From Octopus vulgaris (Eukaryota), in NCBI GenBank assembly GCA_951406725.2, contig OX597824.1, positions 40,176,001 to 40,240,000 on the forward strand: DNA of 64,000 nucleotides, read 5' to 3'. Shown piece after piece: positions 42,517-58,075 of the stretch. How positions within the stretch are numbered: position 1 is the first letter of the stretch; every line of letters begins with the position of its first letter. Under the pieces are notes generated by a model that was not told the origin of the DNA, ran no database searches, and saw only the letters and a program-made list of their open reading frames with translations. Made by a program: the position numbers and the translations under genes.

Positions 42517-43257
42517 GCCTACCAATATATATGCATATAATTATATAAAAGAAATTGCAGCACTCCGTCGGTTACGACGACGAGGGTCTCACCTGATACG
42601 ATCAACGGAACAGCTTGTTCGTGAAATTAAGGTGTAAGTGGTTGAGCACTCCACACACACATGTACCCTTAACGTAGTTTTCAGGGAGATGCAGCATGAC
42701 ACAATGTGACAGGGCTCGCCCGTTGAAATACAGGTGCTACTCATTTTCAGGGGTTCAGTGAATTAGTTTACTTCCATCAACAGAGTATCTGAAACACAAA
42801 AATGTAATATCAATAAAAACTTTAATAAACAATTATTATTAAAATAAACAAATCTGGCTAAAATATCTCAACTACCTTTCTAATAATTTTTTTAAAATTG
42901 TAAACAAACTTTATGGACACCCTGTATATATACAAAATGTATACATGTGTATATACATACATATATATGTGTGTGTGTGTGTGTGAGTATGCATTATGTA
43001 TATGTACAGAGTGTGCTTTGTTCGTGTTTGTGTGCGCGTGTGTACGCGTTTGTATGTTTGTATGCGTGTGTACTGGCGTGCGCGCGCATTACGTTTCCAA
43101 TTTAAAATGATATAAACCCAAAACTTCCGTGTACTGCAGATCATTTTGAAAGTCTCAAGAAGTGGAAACTGAACAGAATGACTCAGGAAGTGGTGCCAGG
43201 AGGTGACAGAAGCAGGCAGACGAAGCAATGGAAGAACGAAGCCGTGTACATATAAAT

Positions 43258-43339
<82 letters not shown>

Positions 43340-43620
43340 TACATATATATATACATGTATATATATATATATATATACATAGATACATATATATAAATAT
43401 ATACATATATACATAAATATATGTATATATATATATATGTATATATATATTCATATATATATATATATACATACGCATACGCAAGATCTTTTATTTATAT
43501 ATTCGTGTATTAACAGACTGAATAAGAATATGTATGTGTGCTTACAAAATGCGTAAAAACATACACACACATACAAACACATACACAGACACACACAGAC
43601 ATTCATACCCACCCCCACAC

Positions 43621-43689
<69 letters not shown>

Positions 43690-43920
43690 ATCATACATAT
43701 ATGCATTGATACGTAATGCACTCATGTACACACATGTAAGTGAATAAATTTTGATTTTGATTCTGTGTTTTACGCATCGTTTTCTGTTGTTTTTTCCCCA
43801 GTTTTCCTTAATCTACGTTGTTGTCTTATAGGAAGCTGTATATCTCAAGGGAGATAATCGTTTCTAAGCATGTCCCCTCTTTTGTCTTCTGCGGAGAATT
43901 TTTTATGCCATACATACATA

Positions 43921-44598
<678 letters not shown>

Positions 44599-44600
44599 AT

Positions 44601-44633
<33 letters not shown>

Positions 44634-45285
44634 CAGAGAGACAGAGAGAAAGAGAAGAGGAATTAAGAGAAAATGGATTGAACGACATTCTATATTTCAA
44701 ATCACTACAGTTATTTCCTCACATTGCTACAACCGTAGCACATACTGCATATACTGCACAAATAATTAAAGAGAAAAATAAGAATTTATTAAAACTTATC
44801 TTGATTTTGCCTGAATCCGTGTTAAAATAAAATTGCAAATCAACATAATTCCTGTTTAGATATACAAATAATTCCTATTCAGATATAGAAATTCCAATGG
44901 TGAAACTTATTTCGAAATTAGAGAATATTTACACACACACACACATCAAAAATTCATAAGTATCATGTCAATATGGCTCGACTATTGTTTTTAAATTCAC
45001 TTGTTTTTTTGCGTAGAATGGAAAAAGTTTGAAAAAGATTACGTTTCATTTTGTGTTGAAAAACAAATGGTGAAAGAATTGTAATGGTGATTGCTGTCGT
45101 GAGGGCAAGAATGGAACGGTGCTCCAAAATTATCGATTTTCATGGATTTCAAACATTTTTTTTCATAAAAGGCTTTCTCTCGTTATTTTGAAATACGTGA
45201 TAAAAAAAATATTTGAAAAATCTTCGTCAAAACAAAGAAAATCTAACGCAGGTGAGCTATTCCGAAATTCCGCCAAATGTGTGTT

Positions 45286-45327
<42 letters not shown>

Positions 45328-45852
45328 TGAGTGTGTGTGTGAGAGAGAGAGATAGAGAGAGAGAGTGAGTGTGTGTGTGTGAGAGAGAGAGAGAGTGAGT
45401 GTGTGTGTGTGTGAGAGAGAGAGAGAGTGAGTGTGTGTGTGTATGAAGAACACAAAATATCAGGAAAAAATAATTGGACGTACACAGTCTATATATTAGT
45501 GAAAGTTTTAGATGATTAAAAAGACTAAAAATGGCATTTTGAGCAATGGCTCTTCGTCGGATACAGAAAAAGTTCAGAGAAGAGAAAAAGGAGGAAGGGG
45601 CAGATAGTTCGGAGAAAGGCACATGTCTTTACATGGAGAGGTGTAAGGAGGGTTGTTGGCATTGAAGAGGAAAGTTGGAAAGGGAGAGTAAGAAGCGAGT
45701 GAAGATGCTCGAGGAAAGAAAGAAGGTTGGGCTTGGTAATGAAATGGGGGTGTAGTGAGAGATAGAGGTAAGGAAAGGAGCAATGTAGGAAAGAAGGAAC
45801 AAGAACGTTAAAGTAGTTACAGACGAATCAAAACGCTTCATAATTAATGTGT

Positions 45853-45886
<34 letters not shown>

Positions 45887-45916
45887 CTATATATATTAAA
45901 TTATATCATATTTTTA

Positions 45917-46465
45917 TACGAGGGAGTAACTGGAAACGTTCCCTGTGGGATAAACCAGTTGTAGTTCAGGCTTCCGCCACTAGAAGTCACTTGATGAGAC
46001 CCTCAGGCATCAGTCTGCCGACCGGCGTCGTCGTTTGAGGTCATACTGCCACGTGGGGCGTCTTTGTTTTTCATCGATTTTTGCAAGGCCGCTACCATAA
46101 GCAAAACACAAGTTTACTAGTGGTTTTTACGCTTTAGGAATGATTACTTGTCGCTTGGGGGCCGCCCTCATTCAGGGCGACCGTCGACCTCCTGAACGAA
46201 TGAAAACATCATGAAAATTCATGAACTGATCTTGGAGGAACGTCACCAAACAATTGACGAACTTGTTGATATGACTGGTGTGTCCTGGAGCGCCTGCCAA
46301 AGAATTTTGAGCGAGGAATTGCGAACGAAAAGACTTGCAGCTTGCTCACGTAAGATCAGAAGCAGTCACGACTGAATGCGTGTCGTGAACTAAGAGAACA
46401 GCTGGAAGTTGACCCGGAACTTTTTTCGAAGGTCATCACTGACGACGAAAGCTGGTGCTACGGAA
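45917..46465 (+). mobile_element. Mariner transposase remnant
   Basis: TA|CGAGGG start; reads KIHELILEERHQTIDELVDMTGVSWSACQRILSEEL...DQKQSRLNACREL...FSKVITDDESWCYG (HTH plus ITGDETW-like motif). Confidence 0.8.
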
Positions 46466-46648
46466 TTTGCAGATGTGGAAGAGGGAAGGAAAAAACAGCG
46501 GTCGCATTAAAAGGCATCACTTTTTATTCACCCCATCCCATCATCATAATGATGATCATCATCATACATATATACATACATTCATACATACATATATATA
46601 ATCATATATATATGGATGTATGTATGATGATGATGAGGAGGAGGAGGG

Positions 46649-46945
46649 GGAATTGTCCTTTAAATAATCGTAAATGTTTTTATTGTGGAAAAATCGGGCA
46701 TAAAAACTCACATTGTAAATTGAAACAAAAAAAAGGGTCAAACAAAAAAAAATTCTAAGCGATGCTCAGAAAAGAAAATTTATGTCCATAAAAATGAATA
46801 AAGTGAATATCAAGTTACAATTGGATACAGGAAGTGATATCACGATAATTAATATAGATACATGGAGAACATTTGAGAAAATTAGATTAAAGGAAACCGC
46901 GAAAATTGTGCAAAGTGTCTCAGGAAAAAAAATAATGTTTCTGTC
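46649..46945 (+). mobile_element. Ty3/Gypsy gag-protease fragment
   Basis: CFYCGKIGHKNSHC zinc knuckle followed by KLQLDTGSDITII aspartic-protease motif. Confidence 0.85.
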
Positions 46946-46964
46946 GTACATTAGCTCTCTCTCG

Positions 46965-47031
<67 letters not shown>

Positions 47032-47519
47032 CGAAAGGATCGCAGAGCAACATGAAATGAAGTGTTTTTGCTCAAGAACACAACACATCACCTGCTCCAG
47101 GAATTGAACCAAAGATCTCGCAATCGTGAGTGCAACACCCTATCTACTAAACGGTGGGCCCTTACGGTTTTAGATATAGTTCTTAAAATAAACGTTGCTT
47201 GAAAGTTATTTTATTAACAATTATAGATAACATGGTGTGATTTTAAACCTGAACTCCTAAATATTTCATTAATTTTAACTTCAAGAATAATTAAAATTTT
47301 AGATAACATAGTGTAATTTTAGACTTTTAAGTCATAAATATTATATTAATTTTAACTCCAATATTAATTGAAACTCAGATAACTCAGTTAAAGTGTGGTT
47401 TTAAACCTAAACCAATAAACATTTTATTAATTTTGTCTCACAGATTAATTACGCTTAAAATCTATATATTATTAATTCCACCCAAGCGAAGGTGGAGGTA
47501 TTATTTTCAGTCGTGTTTG

Positions 47520-48995
47520 TTTTGTAGCAATCATAATAAACCTTTATCGACGGTAATATGACGTCATGGTCATGTTGGCTAAATAGGTATAATTGTTAGT
47601 TTCCCATTGGTTAATATTACTGCCCATATTTGAATTGTAACTTTCGTCAAAGAGAAATGTTTCACGAAATACGGTTCTTAGAATTCAGGTTTAAGCATTT
47701 ATAAAAACCCTGATTTTGGGGAAATTAATCTGTGTTCGTTGGTTGTCACTCGATCCACGACACTCACTCTCTTGAGATATTGGCTGTTGCCATGCCATGT
47801 CTTTTATCTAATTCAACAAGGTTAACTTAAATTGTTTAAAACTCTTGTAGCTTAACAAAAATAAATCTCTGAACGAGATGTAAACAGAAACTGCACGACA
47901 ATGTAAGGTATACTAGCCATCTCAATATGGCTAACCACTAAGGGTGGGTGTTACTGTAGCTTGTAGCCCAGGAGATCATCGTCTCCAGCTGGCTTTAGGC
48001 ACACTTTCTGTGCCCTTATGGTATTTGCAAAGGGAGGTCATCCCTCCCTCGTCAACCTAAGTGATACGCACGGACTGCAGTTTCGAGGTATTTGCCTGTC
48101 TTCGGCGTACGGCAATCACCGGTTTTCGATGAAGAGAATCCCAAAGCAAATCCTTATATATCGTTTTTCCAGTAACTTTTCGTCACTGATCTCGAAAAAC
48201 TATATGCAAGCAATAATAAATCTCTGAACGAGATGTAAACAGTAACTGCACGACAATGTAAGGTATACTAGCCATCTCAATATGGCTAACCACTAAGGGT
48301 TTTTCGAGATCAGTGATGAAAAGTTACTGGAAAAACGATATATAAAACCGGTGATTGCCGTACGCCGAAGACAGGCAAATACCTCGAAACTGCAGTCCGT
48401 GCGTATCACTTAGGTTGACGGGGGAGGGATGACCTCCCTTTGCAAATACCATAAGGGCACAGAAAGTGTGCCTAAAGCCAGCTGGAGACGATGATCTCCT
48501 GGGGCTACAAGCTACAGTAACACCCACCCTTAGTGGTTAGCCATATTGAGATGGCTAGTATACCTTATCTTGTAGCTTAGTTATGGAAGAATTAGTTAAT
48601 ATAAATATTATATCGTAACTCTCTACGACAATCTTCTTTTGACTTATAAATTGTACTGTAAATTAAATGTACGTAAATAAACTAATTTAATAAATAATTT
48701 CTTTTTCTTCATTTTCTTCAACCTGTTGATGAAATTTATTTCTGCAACTATGAAACTGTTATTATAGCGGTGAGAAAGAGCTAGCTTTATTATCTTCAAC
48801 ATACATGCACGTTCAGCGTCTTGGGGTGTATAATTCACCACAGCGTTTACGCAGCCTGAGTTAAGATTTATGTATGGTGATAAATACTTATAATTAAGTT
48901 ATAAGTGACGGATTTATTACCATAGTTTCCTTCGCAAGAAATAATTATATTTATTATCTCTTCCAAGTCAAAACCCGTAATAAATGGGTAATCCA
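47520..48995. mobile_element. Rearranged Penelope-like insertion with inverted and direct repeats and hammerhead motifs
   Basis: 47904-48126 inverted vs 48345-48567; 48157-48199 inverted vs 48301-48344; 47860-47945 direct vs 48214-48300. The block appears to split a ...CAGTCGTGTTTGT|TTGTCCGTGGACAAGATATCTC element. Minus strand ~48720-48925 weakly resembles a PLE post-RT region. Confidence 0.6.
48359..48403 (+). ncRNA. Type-I hammerhead-ribozyme-like motif with GUC site (mirror copy 48067-48111, -)
   Basis: CGUACG-CCGAAGA-CAGGCAAAUACCUC-GAAA-CUGCAG-UC-CGUGCG: 6-bp stem I, palindromic stem III ACUGCAGU, GUC triplet; C-C mismatch at the base of stem II. Confidence 0.7.
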
Positions 48996-49056
48996 CCGTT
49001 TGTTTGTCCGTGGACAAGATATCTCAAGATATCACAGACATACCAAGAAATATGTG

Positions 49057-49088
<32 letters not shown>

Positions 49089-50485
49089 CATCTGTTGAAT
49101 AAGAACAACATTATTTTATTCTTTATGAGTTGTCATCTGTTTGCTTTCTATCAACATCATCATTTTATTTTTAGTAACGCATGAGATTATATTAACAGCT
49201 AATGCCTTAGTATTTTAGGATTGCATCATGAGTAGCTTCTTTCAATTTCGGTCAACCAAATACATTCACAATGTTTTGGTTTGTGATTGTCTCACACTGA
49301 GGAACTACCCAGAAACCTAGGTCTGAGAGTATCACATAAGGCTAGAGATGACAGCGATGACCTCCCTTGGATATACTATATGGATACAAACCATCTGTCG
49401 GTAGCCAACAGGAAAAAATGTTTTCCTGGGGCTTAAAAAACAGTAACATCGTCCTTGTATAGGGCTGCCACATTATGTTGGCAAATAAACTACACTGTTC
49501 AGTAGTGTTATGACATATCTCTCGCTCAGAGATTTAAAAGAAGTTGTTTTCTCTTTATATATATACATACATATATATAGATACATACATAGAGAGAGAG
49601 ATAGACAGAAAGACAGGCCGACAGATAGATAGATACATACATACATACATACATACATACATACATACATACATACATACATACATACATACATACATAA
49701 ATACATAGACAGATGGCCAGACAGACGGACGGGCAGACAGACAGATTAGTGAATCAACTCATAGAGATTGATAACATAAATACCAAACTTGAAAATAATA
49801 ACCAGAATCGATGTAATCGACTAAGTCTCTGAAGACAGTGCTCCAGCATGACCACCATCCGATGACTGAAACCTGTAGAAGGATAAAGGAAAGCACACAC
49901 ATTCACACATACATTTACATACTTGTGTGTGCTTACATATATATATAATATATGTGGAGATGCATATGTGTATATAGATATATGTATGTGCCATACTTGA
50001 TTTTAAATGTTTCTTCATAAAATAATATGATATAATAGATTTATAATATGGACATTATGTCTATATTATTTATATCTGTATAATATCTATATTATATATA
50101 TTGTCTATAAGAGACAGTTTGGGATTTTGTTCTATTGTTTAGCAGTCAATTGCATTAAAATTATCTATCTGTCTAATAGATTATGTTTTCCATCTCGTCC
50201 CATAGTTACAACATTACACAACATAGACAGTCGCAGAATAATAGATATCTTCAAGACGAATTTAGTAATTTTTGCGGTTTCTGTTTTTCCGTTGAGACTT
50301 GATTGTTTAGTATATCCTTTCTTCCAATGTCCAATGTGCAAATTATGTAAAAACGATCATATGCAATTTTTTAATCTATATAATATTTATGTTCGCTCAA
50401 GAAACAAATTGTGACGTCACATTTGTTTGCTATTGAAATTTAATAATAAACAACAATCAAACAATTACGTCTGGTGTTTTATATA

Positions 50486-51330
50486 CAGTGGGACACAAAA
50501 GTCGCACCAGTGAAATAAAACTTTTTCATGCTATCTTCATATTTGCTATGCTTTGTAAGTAAATGTGCTAAAGTAGAGGCGCAATAGCCCAGTGGTTAGG
50601 GCAGCGGACTCGCGGTCGGAGGATCGCGGTTTCGATTCCCAGACCGGGCGTTGTGTGTGTTTATTGAGCGAAAACGCCTAAAGCTCCACAAGGATCCGGA
50701 AGCGGGTGGTGGCGACCCCTGTTGTACTCTCACTCTTTCTTCCTGTTTCTTGAGTAACGCTGCGATGGACTGGCGTCTCGTCGAGCTCGTGGGGAACACA
50801 TACGCCATAGCAACCGGGAAATCGGGCCCATGAGCCTGGCTAGGCTTGAAAAAGGGCGCATAAAAAAATGTGATAAATATTCATAAAATGATGATTATTT
50901 TTATTTTAGCACCATGTCAGAATTTTTTAAATGTTAATTTGTCCAAACCATGGATTGGCAGACGAGGTCCTGTGTCTTGGCCTCCGAGGTCCCCAGACCT
51001 AACTCCCCTTGACTTTTTCCTATGGGAGCATTTTAAGTCTGTTGGTTATACAGATTGTTCGAGAAGTGTTAAAGAATTAAAAGAAAACATAAAAGTTCAA
51101 TGTGCAAAGATTGACACTGAAGCCTTGAATAATGTACAAAATAAACTTTGGTTTCGTTTTCAGAAATTTAATGAATATGAGGGGAAACCCTAACCTTTTT
51201 TTTATGGGTAAATAATCTTGTGATAATGAACGTTACTTAAATATAATAAGAGATTATCGTATCTCATATAAATGGCATTTCTCGAGATCAGGGTGATGCG
51301 CGACTTTTGTATAACGATTACTAAAACTGT
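50486..51330 (+). mobile_element. Tc1/maT-like transposon remnant interrupted by SINE B (50576-50865)
   Basis: Reads WIGRRGPVSWPPRSPDLTPLDFFLWEHFKS at ~50950-51040; the SINE is flanked by AAATGTG(C/A)TAAA. Confidence 0.8.
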
Positions 51331-52049
51331 TGTATCGCAAAGACAAAATATTTGGATATGACTACCTTATTTATACGTGGAGAAATCAGTTAATTTCCTT
51401 TCAGATCTATCTTTATACAGATAATTTTCTAACTTCATTCAGGATGCGACAAATTTAACCCGCAAAAGAAAAAAAATCCATAGTTACAAGTTATTAGTGA
51501 AGCATAAAAGCATCTTTGTTTTTTCGTTTGGGATGGAGGTGATGTAATGTAAGAAGATAATACAACCACACCGAGACGACTATCTCAGACAAATACTGTT
51601 AATCATTCACCTGTGAGTTGATTACATTGGAAACTATTAAGGAGATTACAACTACAGGAAACAGTTTTATTCTGAGGAATCGTGGGTGGATTTAAACTGA
51701 AAGGGACAGCAGCACTCTTTGAAAGACAGAGATTGTAATTAAGCAGATGCGCTGGGAAAGTCAACTTTTTTGGGAAGTAACGACTTGCACATCAGCTAAT
51801 AAAGCTGGTTTCAATTCACGTAAGTACACTCCTCAAGTAAAGAAATTCGAGACTTTGAAGCAGAAGATTCTTGCCAAATGTTTCAAGCAGTAGAACTGGA
51901 AACGAGACCATGTAGTCAAGAAACAAACTTCTTACCGTTGTCAAAGCCTTCAGATGTAAATATTTACATCTCGGTGGATTGAGCCAACGAAAACTAGTTG
52001 TCGAAGCCAGGTAAACAGCAAAGTTCTAGTGACTACATATGAGCCAGAG

Positions 52050-52235
52050 AAGGCAGCGAGCTGGCAGAATCGTTAGCACACCGGACAAGATGCTTAGCGG
52101 CATTTCGTATGTCTTTACGCTCTGAGTTCAAATTCTGCCGAGGCCGACTTTGACTTTCGCCTTTTAGGGGTTGATAAAATAAGTACATGTTGAGTACTGA
52201 GGTCGACGTAAATTGATTAATCCCTCCCCTTGGGC
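52050..52235 (+). mobile_element. SINE family A (diverged)
   Basis: AAGGCAGCGAGCTGGCAGAATCGTTAGCAC head. Confidence 0.8.
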
Positions 52236-52397
52236 ATACTTTGAAACCGATATACGACAGCTTCACCTTCCACTTAGACAACGGTCTAAGTCAAAGAATA
52301 ATGAGTTCTTCGAACGAAATAAGTCAAAATACAGCCAAGCATTTTCTATTTGTAATAATAGATCTTAATGATGTTTGCGTTGTAAATAAAATATTTG

Positions 52398-52456
<59 letters not shown>

Positions 52457-52457
52457 G

Positions 52458-52488
<31 letters not shown>

Positions 52489-52636
52489 GTGTATGTATGT
52501 ATGTATGTATGTATGTATGTATGTATGTATGTATGGATGGATGGATGTAAGTATGAACATATGTATGAATATATATGCATATATATTTGTACATATATAT
52601 GCATAATTATGTATGTATTTATAGATATATATGTGG

Positions 52637-52707
<71 letters not shown>

Positions 52708-53154
52708 AATATACATATACACACAAATATACATACGTGCGTGTATATATATATACGCACATATATATTTATAGATATGTATTCATGTATATGTTTATAT
52801 CACGATATCGACCAGACCATCAGATGTTGTTATACATCGCTATTCACAATGCGTTTAGCTTTCGAAATATCGTTTTAACTTCGGAGGTATGCCACCCCGC
52901 TCGCTAAGCAAGCTGACCAACATTCTCCCTGATCAGAAAGTTAGCCCGTCGTGGGGTTACCCATTTACAGCTGCATGGACTTGAACATGAAATGCAGTGT
53001 TTTGCCCAAGAACACAGCACACAGTTAGTTTGAGATTATATATATACACGCACACAAGAATACACACATATATACATACATAGACACAAACATACATACA
53101 TACACACTCATACATAGATACATATAAACATACTTAATTACATGCATACATACA

Positions 53155-53188
<34 letters not shown>

Positions 53189-53792
53189 AATACATACATA
53201 CATGCATACATACATACACATACAGACATGCATACATACATACATACATACATACATAAATACATACATACATGCATACATACACATACAGACATGCATA
53301 CATACATACATGCATACATACATACATACATACAATCCATATGCCACTCAAATATGAATAAAATTCTCGCTTCACAGAAATCATTATTGATTACACTGGG
53401 GAACTTGGTTTTTGTTGTCTAGTGTTGGAGACATGTTTCCTAGTAATTTTGGGGAGTTGGTTTTTAAAATGAAGCTATTTTTCTCTATCACGTCAAGATT
53501 TTTCACAAACTCAAATGTCAATTTTTCAATATTTCCGGTATTGCTACTATTTCTAAGGATAGATTTGGCTTCATCAAATGCAGACCCATGTATAGAGCTT
53601 CACATAACTTAAAAAACATAGTTTTTCCATATCATTTAAAGTAAATGCAACTACAAAGGGGTAAAAAAAAGGCTGTGATTTAAGTGTCAACAGTAAATAA
53701 AACGCATCAAACTTGAGCAATTTTCACTATTTTCAATCTAACCAGTTTTAACGTCATGATGATGACGGGAATGTCCTTTATACGAATAGATA

Positions 53793-54190
53793 CTCTTTTA
53801 CTTGTTTCAGTCATTTGACTGTGGCCATGCTGGAGCACCGTGTTAAGTCGAGCAAATCGAACCCAGGACTTATTCTTTGTAAGCCTAGCACTTATTCTAT
53901 CGGTTTCTTTTGCCGAACCGCTAAGTTACGAGGACGTAAACACACCAGCATCGGTTGTCAAGCGATGTTGGGGGGGGGGGGCAAACACAGACACAAAAAC
54001 ATATACACACACATACATATACATATATATATATATACGACGGGCTTCTTTCAGTTTCTGTCTACCAAATTCACTCACAAGGCTTTGGTCGGCCCGAGGC
54101 TATAGTAGAAGACACTTGCCCAAGGTGCCACGCAGTGGGACTGAACCCGGAGCCATGCGGTTCGTAAGCAAGCTACTTACCACACGGCCA
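53793..54190 (-). mobile_element. CORE-like tRNA SINE family C, full length
   Basis: Minus head TGGCCGTGTGGTAAGTAGC...GGGTTCAGTCCCAC (A and B boxes), then GCACCTTGGGCAAGTGTC. Confidence 0.88.
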
Positions 54191-54589
54191 ACACATTTCT
54201 GCGATCTTTGACATCATATATGTGTCATATTTGTAAAATTCGTCTGCAGAAATGCCTACGCTGTGTTTGATTTAGCGTCACTATCATTGCAAACCAGGTG
54301 AGACATGCTTTGTCGAACCTTTAACTATTTCTTACGAAAATTGCTATTTTGAATGCACCCTGAATGCTTTAATTGTGAGTTCACATGGGTCAAGATTTCA
54401 TTTTTGTCAAGCATGGTCAAAGAGCTATAGAAATAACTTCATGATACGTAATCTCTTTATGGAACTTTGCCGTCACATATCTGCATTTGCTTACTTTATA
54501 ACTGTTGGCAATTCTCAAAATGCTTTTCCCAAGTGACAACTGACTTGAATATATGTTTTGTATTTCAACAATATGGCTAGATGTGAGAG

Positions 54590-54922
54590 AAGAAAATGCA
54601 AAAAACAGCTCCGATGTCTTCTGCTATATTTGTGAATGTTATGCTTTACCTAAGCCGAAACAAAATCCTGTATTTTGTGAAGAAAGCTTACCTTACTTAC
54701 TTAGCATGAAACTGGGGAGTTTGGGCACCCTATATATAGTTTGTAAAACATGCGTTGAAACACTAAGAGAGCGACTATTTCAAATACTTAACCATAAAGA
54801 AAACCTTACTTGATGGAAAAAACTGACTGTAGTTTTGAAATCAGCATACTAATTATAGTCTAAATCAAGTGAAAAAGCAAACTCAGCAGAATATATATGT
54901 CCAAAATTGTTCCCCCTGTGTT
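54590..54922 (+). mobile_element. DNA transposase N-terminal remnant, superfamily uncertain
   Basis: Reads KNSSDVFCYICECY...IVCKTCVETLR, resembling the C.N.PD.FCYICG...VC..C...L zinc-binding N-terminus of a widespread invertebrate transposase; internally deleted. Confidence 0.55.
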
Positions 54923-55607
54923 ATATATAACAGCTGACTTCAACTTCATAATAAAGTTTTTAATATGAAGCTTTTATATATTTTGTTAATATGGTGAGAT
55001 CCAGACCAGCCAAATCACTGGAGCTTGAATTTAATGCAGTATTTTTTCAAATTATGATGTTTACTGCAGCATTCAAGACTCAAGCAAATTAAATAAGATT
55101 CAATTTATCATAAAAATAAAATTCAATATATACAGAATTAAATTTAAGCTTGAGTTATTTGTCTGCTTTGGATCACACCATAATAGCAAAAACAAAAATT
55201 AGTCCAATATTTAAAAAAAGAATATTATATGGTTACAGTAAGTCAGCTATTACAATCAATAGTCATTTCTGTCAACCGAAAATTTTATTCATATTTGAGT
55301 TCAATATTTTAGTTAGCAGTCAATGTATGTATACGTGTATGTACATATATATGTATGCATGTGTGCGTGCATATATGTATGCTTGTATGTATGTATGTAT
55401 GTATGTATGTATGTATGTATGTATGTATGTATGTATGTATGTATGTATGAATGTATGTATGTATGTATGTATGTATGTGTACGAACATGTGTATGTATAT
55501 GTATATGTATCTATGTGTGTTTCGTGTTTTTATTTTTGATTTACTTATACAGATATATATATATATGTATATATATATAGATAAATATATATATGTATAT
55601 ATGTATG

Positions 55608-55703
<96 letters not shown>

Positions 55704-55761
55704 CATATATATACAGACATACACACCCACAGACACACATACATGCATGCATAGATATATT

Positions 55762-55907
<146 letters not shown>

Positions 55908-56054
55908 TTAACGTTTGTTTTTATATAATAAAAACAATTTAAAATTAAATTGAAGGATAACTGGATAACTCAAGAATACATAAATATTATTCTTTAACAA
56001 GAATAGTATTGATATGTGTGCGTGTGTGTGTGTGCGTGCGTGCATGCATGTAAG

Positions 56055-56092
<38 letters not shown>

Positions 56093-56214
56093 TATATATA
56101 TATATATATATATATATGAATGTGTATATATATATATGCATATATATATATGCATATATATATACATATATATATATATATACATATATGTATACATGTA
56201 TATATACATATATA

Positions 56215-56281
<67 letters not shown>

Positions 56282-56282
56282 A

Positions 56283-56425
56283 TTGCCCACAGTGGGCTAA
56301 ACATAGAGGAGACAAACAAGGACAAAGGGATTAAGTCGATTACATCGATCCTCAGTGCATAACTGGTACTTATTTAATCGATCTCGAAAGGATGAAAGGC
56401 AAAGTCGACCTCGGCGGAATTTGAA
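56283..56425 (-). mobile_element. SINE family A, 3' half
   Basis: Reverse complement of the family A body. Confidence 0.85.
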
Positions 56426-56661
56426 TTCATGAATGTTTGTATGTAGAGTTAACAGATGAAATCCAGAGATGGCCAATATAGAAAACACTCAGTATTGCTG
56501 AAGTGAATTGAACTTCCAGTTCGAAATCTTTTACTGAGGATTAAGCCTGTGGGATAAAGAATGGTTATAAGAGGAATGCAGGTGAGTCGATATGGAAATA
56601 ATGATGCAAATAAACAAATAAAACTGTTTGAGCTAGATATATAAAATATACATACATGCGT

Positions 56662-56839
56662 AGGCGTGGCTGTGTGGTAAGAAGCTTCCTTCCCAACCAC
56701 ATGGTTCCGGGTTCAGACCCACTGTGTTACAACTTAGGTAATTGTCTTCTACTATAGTCTCGGGCCGACCAAAGCCTTGTCAGTGGATTTGGTAGACAGA
56801 AACTAAAAGAAGCCCGTCGTATATATATATATATATATA

Positions 56840-56914
<75 letters not shown>

Positions 56915-57235
56915 TGAGGGCGCGTGGCTTAGTGGTTAGGGCATTCGGCTCATGATCGTAAGGTTGTGAGTTCGATTCCCGGCGACGCGTTGTGTCCTTG
57001 AGCAAGACACTTTATTTCACGTTGCTCCAGTCCACTCAGCTGGCAAAAATGAGTTGTACTTGTATTTCAATGGGTCAGCCTTGTCACTCTCTGTGTCACG
57101 TTGATTATCCCCGAGAACTACGTTAAGGGTACACGTGTCTGTGGAATGCTCAGCCATTTGCACGTTAATTTCACGAGCAAGCTGTTCCGTTGATCGTATC
57201 AGCTGGGACCCTCGTCGTCGTAACCGGCGGAGTCT
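56662..57235 (+). mobile_element. SINE family C head (56662-56820) followed by a tRNA-SINE with a family B-type 3' body (56917-57235)
   Basis: GGCGTGGCTGTGTGGTAAGAAGC head, then GGGCGCGTGGCTTAGTGGTTAGG...GTGTCCTTGAGCAAGACAC with a 3' body matching 8600-8775. Confidence 0.85.
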
Positions 57236-57239
57236 TATG

Positions 57240-58075
57240 TGTGTGTGTGTGCAAAAGAAGTTATTTTTACTTACCTTTCTTAATTCCAAAATAAGAAAAA
57301 CTTGAACAATGCTTCCAAAATTATGTGTGGTATTTGTAGAGCTGATCGCCCAAGAGAAACATTTATGAAAATGAACACATAAATATTGTATTAAAATAAG
57401 TTATCTCTACAGACCATGCTTGCAATTATCTATATAATTGATAGCAAAGTGAGTATAAAATGAAATTGAATCCAGGTTTAGTCACAGATCGATCAAGCTA
57501 GTAAAGTTTTAATATTTTTGTGACAACATAGTATCTTGATACATTCTAATGAAATAGTGAAAGAAATAGATAATGTCACTCTCTCTTTGGAAGAGAAATT
57601 AATTTTTGATATTTGCGCATCACTTTTTTTTTTCTTCTTTTCAAACATTTCTTCGGATTTCTGTTTTCGATAACGGAGATTAAGATTTTGCCCATAAAAC
57701 ATGTCCCCCTCCCCCACATTTGACTGCTTCTAGTTTTTCTGTTTTTCTATCAACACCAGAATTAATTTCTTTTTCAAAAGAGAGAGTGACATAATCTCTT
57801 TCTTTCACTTCTTCATTAGAATGTATTGAGACACTATGTTGTCAAAAAAATGTTAAAACTTTACTAACTTGATCGATCTGTGACTAAACCTGGATTTAAT
57901 TCCATCTTATACACACTTTGCTATCAATTATATCAATTATATATCAATTACATAGTCGGTAACGATAACTTATCTTAATACAATATTCATGTGTACATAT
58001 TTTGAAAGTATTGATCAAGTTTTTTTTTTGTGGGGGAAAGGTATGTAAAAATAACTCCTTTTACACACGCACACA
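57240..58075. repeat. Long diverged inverted repeat (foldback element), arms ~320-370 bp
   Basis: 57240-57607 vs 57759-58075, e.g. AATCCAGGTTTAGTCACAGATCGATCAAG / CTTGATCGATCTGTGACTAAACCTGGATT. Confidence 0.85.

Noticed and set aside
56917-56990. tRNA-like sequence with a CAT anticodon-like loop
   Set aside because: No proper acceptor stem, and it runs straight into a SINE body; it is a SINE head, as are the tRNA-like heads at 8394, 9125, 36091 and 50576.
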